From Hemiscyllium ocellatum (Eukaryota), in NCBI RefSeq assembly GCF_020745735.1, contig NC_083403.1, forward strand, positions 121,786,526-121,850,525: a stretch of 64,000 nt of DNA, in the 5' to 3' direction. Shown in pieces: positions 54,190-64,000 of this stretch (positions within the stretch are counted from its first letter, which is position 1; each line of letters opens with the position of its first letter). The notes beneath the pieces were generated by a model. It was not told the DNA's origin. It worked only from the letters and a program-made list of their open reading frames with translations, and ran no database searches. The position numbers and the translations under genes are program-made.

Positions 54190-54545
54190 TTATTTTGCTG
54201 CTTTATAAAAAAACATTCATGGGATGTGGGAGTCATTGTCAGCACTTATTGCCCACCCCTAACTCCCAGAGGGCAGTTAAAGCCGACCATATTACTGTGA
54301 ATCTGGAGTCATGTGTGTGGAAAATCTTGGAAGATTTTCTTCCCTCAAGGACACTGTGCACTACAGGGCTTTTTATAACAATCAACAGTGGTTATGGTCA
54401 CCATAAAATAAGACATTTCCATTCTAGATCTTTATTGGATTCAAATTTCACCATCTACCAAAGTGGGATTTGAACACACGTCCCCAGACGACTACCCTGG
54501 GATTCCAGGTGCAGTGACATTACCAATGCACCACTATCACCATGT
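54190..54545 (-). mobile_element. SacSINE1/DeuSINE-like SINE
   Basis: tRNA-like head (ggtaatgtcactg...gttcaaatcccac), Deu-like agggaagaaaatct, tail gggcaataagtgctgac...cccacatcccatgaatg shared with the LINE end at ~40870-40960. Confidence 0.65.
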
Positions 54546-54594
54546 TACAAATCAATTCACATTTAATCCAGCACAGGCCGAGATAAAGTCACCA

Positions 54595-54795
54595 GAGTCT
54601 TACCAGACGACAGGGCTGCTCTCATATTACACACTGATGACTCATTGTGGGTGAACCTGAGGATCGCCATGTCTTAGGTGAGGGGAGGGATTAAGAAGGA
54701 GAGTCCATCATGGTAACCTCAGCCAGGGTGGGAATTGAACCCATGCTGTTGGTGTCATTCTGAATTCAAAACAACCGTTGACAACTAACCCTAAA
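54595..54795 (-). mobile_element. Third tRNA-derived SINE family (second copy at ~33450-33630)
   Basis: Both copies share gctgttgg..tcattctg, ggaat(tg/ca)aac and gagggtcaccatg/gaggatcgccatg; minus-strand A/B-box-like head. Confidence 0.6.
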
Positions 54796-55149
54796 CCCAC
54801 CCCATAATAGATAGCTTCAGAAATCCTTTTACTTCCAAAATTGCTTGATCCATTGTACTGAACTGTGCACTGATTGATGTTGTACACCATCACCTTATTC
54901 ATTTACCTAGTGCGTTACATCTGCATAAAACATCAGCAAGATTTCCAGGAACTTTTCTACTAATAAAATCTTTGCCACACACATGGTACAACATAATTTC
55001 TTCCAACCTGTTTTATGGAACTTAATACCTAAAGCATTTCAACAGAAGATTCATTCTGAGTCCAATGCAATTCTTTTCTACAATTTGAATTGTATTACAT
55101 CCCCATAACTTGTTTCAAAGCTTCTCACTAAAGTATTTTCTGGTCATTT

Positions 55150-57420
55150 GTCATACTGATTATAACATCCTACACCTCTGCATTTGAACCCCACCACTCC
55201 AACCCAACAGGGACAGACCACCCCCCCATCCTCACCTTCCACCCCACCAATGTCCGGGTACAGTTCATCATCTTCTACCATTTCCACTACCTAAAGTCAG
55301 ACCCCATCACCAGAGATATTCTTCCCACCCAACCCGTATCAGCATTCCGCAGAGACCACTTCCTCTACGATTCTCTTGTTAGGTCCACACCTCCACTTTC
55401 CCTCCCCACCAAGCCACCCTCCACTCTCAGCACCTTCCCAAGCCCCACAAAAGATGTAAAACCTATGCCCACACCTCCATTCACATCCGCAGTTACACCA
55501 GCATCATTCCCCACCTTTTCCTCCACTACACTGATAACTGTATTCGTGCCACCTCATGCTCCCACAAGGAGGTTGAACAGTTTATCAACTTCACTAAGAC
55601 ATTCCATCCTGACCATAATTTCAACTGGACCAATTCGGACACCTCACTCCCCTTCCTGGAGCTCCATTAACAGTGACCGACTCAACATGGACATCTACTA
55701 CAAATCCACTGACTCCCACAGCTACTTGGACTACATCTGCTTCAACTTTGCCTCCTGTAAATATGCTATCCCTTGTTTCTAATTCTCTGCCTCCACTCCA
55801 TCTGCTCCCAGGAGAACCAGTTCCACCACAGAACACACCAGATGGCCGCCACCTTCAAAGACCGCAATTTCCACTTTCACTTGGTCGATGATGCCGTCCA
55901 GTGCATCTCAACCACTTCCTTCACCTCCATCCTCAAACTCCACCCCTCCAACTGTAACAAGGACTGAAACCCCTAGTTTTCCACCCCACCAACCTCCGGA
56001 CACATCGCATTATCCTCCACCAACTCCGCCACCTATAACCAGGCCTCACCACCGGGGATATATTTCCCTCCCCGACCCTATCTGTGTTCTGTAAAGACCA
56101 TTTCCTCTGTGACTCACTTGTTAGATCCACCAACTTCCCTCCCCCCCACCAACCAACCCACCCTCCCCTCACAGTACCTTCCCCTGCCACTGCAAGAATT
56201 GCAAAATCTGCCCCCACACCTCCCCACTTACCTCCAGCCAAGAGCCCACAGGAGCCTTCCACATCCATCAGAGATTTACTTGCACTTCTACACACGTCAC
56301 CTACTCTGTCCGTCTGCTGTACATTGGGGAGACAGGCTGCCTACTTGAAGAACGCTTCAGAGAACATGTCTGGGACATACGTACGAAGCTGTGGCTGACC
56401 ACTTCAACTCCCCCCTCCCACTCCCCTCACGACATGCAAGTCCTGGACCTCCTCCACTGCCAAATCTTTACCAACTGATACTTGGAGGAAGAACGCCTCA
56501 TTTTCTGCCTTGGGACCCTCCAAACCAGCAGGATTAATGTGGATTTTACCAGTTTCATCATTTCCCCTCCCCCCCACCTTATCCTAGATCTAACCTTCCA
56601 ATTGGCATCACTCTCTCGACCTGTCCTTCCTGTCCATCTTCCTTCCCACCTATCCGCTCCACCTTCCTGGCCAACTTATCACCTTTACCCCCAACTTCAT
56701 CGGCCTACAGCATTCCCATTTACCTTCCCCCCCAGGCTCACCCCCTCCCATTTATCTCTCAGCTCCCTTGGGCCACACCCTCGTTCCTGATGAAGAGCTT
56801 GTGCTCAAAATGTCGATTCTCCTGCTCCTCAGCTGCTGCCTGACTGGCTGTGCTTTTCCAGCACCACATTGCTCGTGATGCCAGGACGCCAAATTGTGGA
56901 ACATTTCAGAGAACATCTCTGGGACAGACGCACCAAACAACCCCACCGTCCTGTGGCCGACCCACTTTAGTTCCCCCTCCCATCCACCAATGACATGCAA
57001 TTCCTGGGCCGCCTCTGCAGCCAAATCCAAGTCACCCAATGCCTGAAGGAAAAACGCTTCATTTTCCATATTGGGTCCCTCCAACCCCATGGAATTAATG
57101 TGGATTTCACCGGTTTCCTTATGTCCCCTCACCCTCCACCTTGTCCCAGACCCAATCCTCCAACTTGACACTGCCTTCTTGCACCGTGCTAAATCCTTCC
57201 CAAATATATTCTCCACCCATTGCTCCGACCTATCACCATCACCACTCATCCGCATCCACCTATCGCCTTTCCAGCCACTTCTCCCAGCCCCACCCACCCT
57301 CCTATTTATCTCACAGCTCCCCTCCCCCACATTCCTGATGAAGAGCTTATGCCCGAAACGTCGACTCTCCTGCTCCTTGGATGCTGCCTGACCTGCTGTG
57401 CTTTTCCAGCACCAGACTTT
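55150..57420 (+). mobile_element. Decayed Penelope-like element (RT thumb + GIY-YIG remnants) in partial tandem arrangement, with two ribozyme-bearing 3' ends
   Basis: Frameshifted motifs DIYYKSTDSHSYLDY, CKYAIP..LCLHSICS, YIG(E)T, EEERLIFCLGTLQTSRINVDF. Segment 55160-55480 repeats ~55900-56260 and 56876-57420 repeats ~56330-56875. Both 3' ends carry CTGATGA...(G)AAA. Confidence 0.9.
57331..57366 (+). ncRNA. Hammerhead motif at the Penelope 3' end (second, decayed copy at ~56783-56818)
   Basis: AUUC-CUGAUGA-A-GAGC(UUAU)GCCC-GAAA-CG-UC^-GACU. Core intact; one stem II mismatch and a shortened stem I. Confidence 0.7.
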
Positions 57421-57752
57421 TTGATACTGATCATAGCAGTTAAATCTACTTTCAATTTTAGATCCACTGTATATTTAAAGGACAGTCCAAACATTTTGCA
57501 TAACAGTTCTTGCAGAGCAGAATGTCATTTTCCAAGTGTTATTTTGAGCTTGAACAACCTTTGTGTCTAATTCTAATAAGCAAACATTTTTTCATGCATG
57601 TTCCCCCTCCAAGTATTTTCTTTTCAAACAAAAAATCATGAATGACAGCTTTGTTAATTAATAGAGCTATTTTAAACAAGAAACCATTTAATTGTAGCAT
57701 ATTTCACGTGGTTAACTGGCAAGGGAGCACAAGACTATCTTTTGTGCTTCTA

Positions 57753-58010
<258 letters not shown>

Positions 58011-60929
58011 TTAAAACACTTAACACAAGTGATCATTTTCATCCAATCTTTTAAATTAGGTTGGGATAGTCATGATTTATCAAATCAAAGTTTATCATAG
58101 GCACAACCACAAAACAAAATGTTGATAACTGCATGTAGAATAATAAAAATAATTATGATAGATTGGCACCTGAATTGGAAACCCTAAGCAGATAGGTGCC
58201 CTGCTGATGGAAACCAGCTTCTCAATGGCCAGACCAGCCTCATGCAACTGTGCACCATTCCCAGTGTGTTAGTGCAGAGAACACAACTGTGATTGCAGAC
58301 CATGTTGTGGAGGGCTCCTCTTTCCATACCAATGGCCTGGAAGCTGTACCCATAGTCAATTTTAAACTTTGTCTTCACTGTTTTCTCCATCTTAAAGCAC
58401 ACTCAGAGTTTCTTTTCTACATTAACAGTAGCTGTCTCACCTATGGGACTGCCTGGTGCTCCCATTGGTCTTACCACCTGTACAACCAACCCGGCCATCT
58501 TTAATTGGACAATGTTCCCCAAGCCGGCATCTTATCTGGCTAATGCCAGTTTGATCATGCCAGTGTGCAGACCTCAAAGACTGTCAGAGTTGGAAATGGT
58601 CCTGGCTACTGACAAAAACCTAAGGTGGTGTTTTTCCATCCTTTGTGTTTAAAAATCCAAGACTCCCTGCTGATTATTTTTAGATAATGCAGATACAATA
58701 TTTACTGGGCTAGAGTTCCGAACGGTGAAATCTTTTTACTGATTGAACATTAACCAGCTGAAGTTAGTTCTAAAAACAAACATAGTCTTTTAAAATTCTA
58801 ATCATTTATAATTGAGAGTGATTTTACACAGGTAGAAATAATGATAATTGCACATCTGTTTTTTGACTGTTGCCACTTTTTAATCCCATCATCCAGATTT
58901 AGATTTGAACAATTAATGCAGTCTCTAGGTTCTGTAATGTGACAGTATATTTATGGAAGAAACAGTCAAACAAACAGATAAGTTAGCAATAAAAATGGAC
59001 AGATGTACAAGTTGCACATACAGAAAGTTTGCACGCTAGCAAATAATTGATCATCATTGCTCACGATTATCTTAGCAATACCTTGTCACATTGTGTATTT
59101 TCAGCTCCACAAATACACCTCATTCAAAATCATACATCAAAATTGATCAAATTGGACACCTTAAATAAATCCTTCCGAAAACTGATCAGGAATTTCATGA
59201 AGAAACAGTGGCGTATGAGCCACATACAATGTGCAAAGCCAGGAACTTGTGGTGAGGAACAGGTATTGTCAACTTTGCCAATTAATCTTCCTTGTCCAAA
59301 AGGTGAAAAATTAAAAGAATGCACTCTTATTCCTTCAGATGGTGAATTGTTATTGTAGACTTTAAAAAGGTAAACTTCAAAGTATTATCTATTTATCTTT
59401 CTTTTCTGTTTCATTGAACAGTTCAGGCCAGAAAGAGATTATTTGGTCAAGTAAATCGATGTGGGCTCTTTCATAAAACAATACAATTTGACCCACTTGC
59501 CTCATCTTCCCCATAAAGTTCATTGGTAGCTGGGTGAACATTTAAATATGGTTTCCTTTAGACTTCAGGCATCAAACTTTAACTCTTCTCTTGGCATTAT
59601 GGTTGTGAGTGGTCAGGAACTGACCCCCATGTGGTGTTGTCTGTCCCCATGAGTAGAACAAAGGGGGAAAGCTGTTTTCCTCATATTGCTCAAAAGAATT
59701 GAAGTGCAGCGGCTAACTGCTCATGTAGTCACATAATTACTTCCAGTTCTTAAAAAAAAGCATTAGTTGCCAAAAAATAATTGTTTTATCAATACTTTAT
59801 TTCATTTACCATTATACTTTTACGATAAACTGCCAGAAGTTGGAGGAGGAACACTAATAAAGGCTTGTTGGACTCCGAGAGCTGTTACCATGGTATAATT
59901 TTGGTGTGATTTGAAGGAGAATGTTGCACGATCAATTTTTGTTGCCCTTTCCAAGAATCTATGCATGTATTTGTTCAGCTTTTCCCTCTGCCTGTTAACC
60001 TGATCCTTTCTTTCCCTTCTCTGTATTCCTGTACTTGATTCAGTTCACCTTTCCCATTTCTTCCACTGGTTATTTTTCGACACTTCAACTTCATCAGTCA
60101 ACAAGGCACATCTTGTCTTGCTATTCATTCCCGCAGGTTCCAGTGAGCCTGTTGCCCTCACTGTGGTATCAACAGCCCACAATTCCAGGAGCTTTGTGGT
60201 CAGAACATTTTGAGCTGCAGAATGCAGGAACTGGATTAATAGACATAGCTGACTAAGATGCCCTGCCCTAATGAACGATGGTTCCAGATACATTCAGTGT
60301 CCTTTAAATTTGGGGCCACCTCAATTTCTGTGGCAACACTAACAAAGTTCCATGGCGTGAGAGTGCTGATTTCATGGGAGGTTTTCTTTTGTATACTGTA
60401 GAAACAACCACTATTAATTTTATGGTTTGCTGCCAACATCCTCTCCCTGAGACTATCTAAGGGCCTAATTACTTTACAGTGGTGGAAAATCCCCACCATT
60501 GATTCTTCATGAGGAAAGGCTTTTGTCTTAAACATGATAAACGTTCACTCAATAACAGCAAACAGACACATATTAAATTAATAAGTTAGACATTGTTCTA
60601 AAGACTATTGAGAAACCTGACAATATAGGTCTTCATCTATAAGATCTTAAGATGTTCTGACTTTCCCAATCTGTCTTTGTGATGTCATCAGATGCGGTCT
60701 CTAACATTAACCTTTCAAAACCATTATCTTATACAATAAGTTTCTCCAGGGTTGTAGAACTCTACATATTTGTTTTTTTCTCTCAAAATATTACCTTAAT
60801 CTAACTCCAAAGATTTTTTTTAAGGAAAAACAAAGCTGTGAGAAATTCCCATTTATAAATCTTACTTCTGATTGTCAAGTCCTCTGTTATAGATTCCTAT
60901 ATGCAACTCTACAATAGATGCTATACTTT

Positions 60930-61230
60930 TGGGCGGCACGGTGGCACAGTGGTTAGCACTGCTGCCTCACAGCACCAGGGACCTGGGTTCAATTCCTGCC
61001 TCAGGCGACTGACTGTGTGGAGTTTGCACGTTCTCCCCGTGTCTGCGTGGGTTTCCTCCGGGTGCTCCGGTTTCCTCCCACAGTCCAAAGATGTGCAGAT
61101 CATGTGAATTGGCCATGCTAAATTGCCTGTAGTGTTAGGTAAGGGGTAAATGTAGGGGTGTGGGTGGGTGGCGGGTCGGTGTGGACTTGTTGGGCCGAAG
61201 GGCCTGTTTCCACACTGTAAGTAATCTAAG
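60930..61230 (+). mobile_element. Young full-length HE1-type SINE in a MYT1L intron
   Basis: gggcggcacggtggcacagtggttagc (A box), gggttcaattcc (B box), V-domain, tail gtaagtaatctaa. Confidence 0.92.
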
Positions 61231-61712
61231 CTTATAGTCACATCCACCTACTAGCAGCGGTTTTTTATGACCCCAGTTTCATGACTTCTAGTTCCTTAGC
61301 TTATACTGCAGCAAAGCTCCAACCAATTCTATGTTAGCCCTTTTCAAATTACCATCAGTTTTTCTGCTTCACTGTGAAAGTAAAATGAAAGCACTACATT
61401 AAATTAAGGAAGTTTTAAGCACATTTAAAATGAGGACTGAATTAATGCCGTCCATCCCGTGATTAAACCATAATTTCCAATCTTGGTTTTCCTCGAGATA
61501 ATTCACTAGTACAATAAATATTCTGAAAAATATTGTGATCTTACTGATGAGTGACTGCAAACATTCTACATTGCTCAGACAGCATGCTGGGTTATTTTCC
61601 ATCATTCAGCAAGGCAAACATTTTATACTGTGAGAGAAGGTGCATTTGATTTCATCCCAATTAAATTTTCCAGCTCCAATTAAACATATTTGTGGAAGCT
61701 TCACCCTGTAAC

Positions 61713-62015
61713 TGGGTGGCACAGTGGTTAGCACAGCTGCCTCACAGTGCCAGGGTCATGGATTTGATTCCAGCCTTGGGTGACTGTCTGTGTGGAGTTG
61801 GCATGTTCTCTCCTTGCTTGTATGGGATTTCTCTGGGTGCTCCAGTTACCTCCCACAATCCAACGATGTGCAGGTCAGGTGGATTGGCCATGCTAAATTG
61901 TCTAGGGATGTGCAAGCTGGGTGAATTAACCATGGAAAATGTGGGATGGGGTGGGAGCCTCTTTGGAAGGGATAATGAGGTCTCAAACGGCCAGCTTCCA
62001 TACTGAAAGGATTCT
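61713..62015 (+). mobile_element. HE1-type SINE (older)
   Basis: gggtggcacagtggttagcacagctgcctcacag...ctgtgtggagttggcatgttctc. Confidence 0.8.
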
Positions 62016-62587
62016 TTCCTTCCAGCCACCTGTCTAGTCAAAAAGACTTTCTGCCCGTTACTAATGTTTTTATAATTAATAAACAAAGGAATTCAACAAA
62101 AATTAAATTTTAAATACATTGATTTTTTTAAAGATGACATTTTGACGTCTGCATTCTCTACTTCAGGGTTTAGAAAGCTGAGCATCTAATTCTTGGAATC
62201 TCCCAGGACAATCCTGGGCACGTGGCATTCCTGCACCCCACATACCAGATGCAAGATGAGATGGTTAGATACAAGTATTTGAGCTTTAAAATGATTTTTT
62301 TTTCCTAATTAATTCCAGAAATGCAAAAATAAACCGACTGCAGCCTTAACTTTGAAACAACCATTTTGAGAAACTGCTGAGCGATAAACAGAGTTCAGAT
62401 TTCAGGTTGCTGACCTTGCACGAGAAGATTGTTGGACTGAAACATTAACTCTGTCTTTCTCTCTCCACAGATGCTGCCAGACCTGCTGAGGGCTTTTAGT
62501 GTTTTCTACTTTTTAAAAAAATTTCAGATGTCCAGCATCTGCAAAAGATGGCTTTTGTGTTCGAGAGACTGTTACCTGATTTCTCAC

Positions 62588-62809
62588 CTGCGATGGGTAA
62601 GGAAGCTGCCGCTTACGTGTCCCGAACCATCACATCCTGGAGTCGGACAGGACATGCCTTCCGTTTTCCCAGACTTCCACGAAAACTGTGAGCCATTCAG
62701 GTAGCCATCCTTTTGTCGCTTAGCAGCGAGCGGGCACCCTGACGCACTCCGATGTGATGCATACTTCCCAGTCACATGCCCTTGACCATCACATCCAGGA
62801 ACAGGACAT
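62588..62809 (-). CDS. MYT1L: MYT1L internal coding exon (222 nt): C2HC zinc finger plus most of the last C2HC finger
   Basis: Translates to (R)[73 protein letters not shown](S). Acceptor tcttactgcag|A, donor AG|gtgaga. CPxPGCDGxGHxxGxxxxHR(S)xSGC is the MYT1-family finger; the linker [13 protein letters not shown] matches MYT1L rather than MYT1/ST18 (from memory). Confidence 0.97.
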
Positions 62810-63094
62810 CTGCAGTAAGAGTATAACAATCAGCATTCTTGTCTCACTTTACATGTTTAAAACCTATACAGCGTGAACAAGGGAACAAAAAGCTCTGAAT
62901 ACAAGCAGGTAAAAGATACAGTAAAAATAATTGTGATCGTATATGTTGCTGATCACCTTTTTGTTTCCTTGATTGTGATTCTCAGCTGGGAGGGACCCAT
63001 GTGAACCAACTTAATCAGTCTTAATTTAGCTTCCAGCGGGTTCATCTCCACAAATCAAAACTGCCCACAAGTTACAATTGCACTCAGCTGACTT

Positions 63095-64000
63095 AGAAGC
63101 AGGTAGCACAGAAACAGACCCTGCAGTCCAACCTGTCCATGCCGAACATAATTCCAAACTAACCTAGTCCCACCTGCCTGCTCCTGGCCCACATCCCTCC
63201 AAACCTTTCCTGTTCGCATACATAACCAATTGTCTTTGAGATATTGGAACTCTGCCGTCACTCACCACTTCCTCAGCAGGTTGATTCCACAAGCAAACCA
63301 TCCTCTGTGTAAAACAAAATTGCCCGTCATGTCTTTTTAAAATCTCTTTCCTCCCACCTTAAAAATGTGTCCCCTAATCTTGGAATCCCCATTTTAGGGA
63401 AAAGACATGTAATATTAATCCTACTTATACCCCCCACGATATTATAAACCTCTATAAGGTCACCTCTCAGCCTCCCACTTGAATGTGAAATGAAGGAGAT
63501 CGCATGAAAGAAGGAGAAGGTCATCAAGTGTGCTGAAGTACATCACTCCAGGTTATCTTTTAAATCTTTTCTGGCATGTCCTAACAGGCAGATTTACGCT
63601 GCTGGTGTCAAATGGTCTGAAACTTTGCTGATGTGTGAAAAATGAAGGATGTCCTCAGAACATTTTAAAATTTTCTTTCCATCGATTGCAATTCCATTGG
63701 TGTGGAGCCAGAGTGATGTGAGATTCCTGGCCCCAGGTGCTCTCTCATTCCAGTTTTAATCACGACAATAGGAGAATTTGCAATTAGAATCACAGAAACA
63801 TAGAAACTAGGAGCAGGAGTGGGCCATCCAGTCCTTTGAGCCTGTTCCGTCATTAAAATTATCATGGCTGATCCTCTGTCTTAATATCATACTCCCACTT
63901 TCTGCCTGGACCCCTTGGTGCATTTAAAATAAAAAAAATTACCTATCTCCTTCTTGAATACATTCAGTGACTTAGCCAGATCCCTTTATACATCCACGCT
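63095..64000 (-). mobile_element. CR1 3' fragments (63095-63480 and 63790-64000)
   Basis: GRLRGDLIEVYNI; tail cagaaacatagaaactaggagcaggag. Confidence 0.8.

Noticed and set aside
56752-57330. Longest ORF in the track (192 aa, minus) and the overlapping ORFs at 55465-57570
   Set aside because: Antisense or off-frame readings of the C-rich decayed Penelope element; no host-gene features.
58190-58650. Possible very old RTE-like LINE 3' fragment (also ~17340-17560)
   Set aside because: Only vague motif resemblance, not supportable by eye.
60930-61010. tRNA gene
   Set aside because: A/B boxes belong to a SINE head that continues into the V-domain and LINE-like tail; no complete cloverleaf.

Overview
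Eukaryotic, CpG-depleted, repeat-dense vertebrate DNA. The repeat repertoire (HE1-type V-SINEs, a SacSINE1-like DeuSINE, HER1/CR1 LINEs, Penelope elements) points to a cartilaginous fish, probably a shark (inference). The only host gene I can support is the 3' part of MYT1L on the minus strand: five coding exons (62809-62588, 57948-57857, 39166-39063, 36411-36268, 29427-29287) with GT-AG boundaries and consistent phases, encoding the last two C2HC zinc fingers and the C-terminal coiled coil, plus a ~2.2 kb repeat-free 3' UTR. Almost all other listed ORFs are transposon debris or noise: CR1 and a second LINE family, Tx1, Gypsy with an LTR, two putative solo LTRs, a fossil PIF/Harbinger transposase and SINEs. 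The most striking unannotated signal is a set of Penelope-like 3' ends carrying minimal type I hammerhead ribozyme motifs (CUGANGA...GAAA, palindromic ACGU/AGCU stem III, covarying stems). They occur in a decayed Penelope body (55150-57420) and as short, ORF-less insertions flanked by 10-15 bp target-site duplications (TSDs); most are fold-back hairpins whose axis lies at or beside the ribozyme. Repeat boundaries are approximate unless TSDs are given. Family names come from motif recognition, not database searches.
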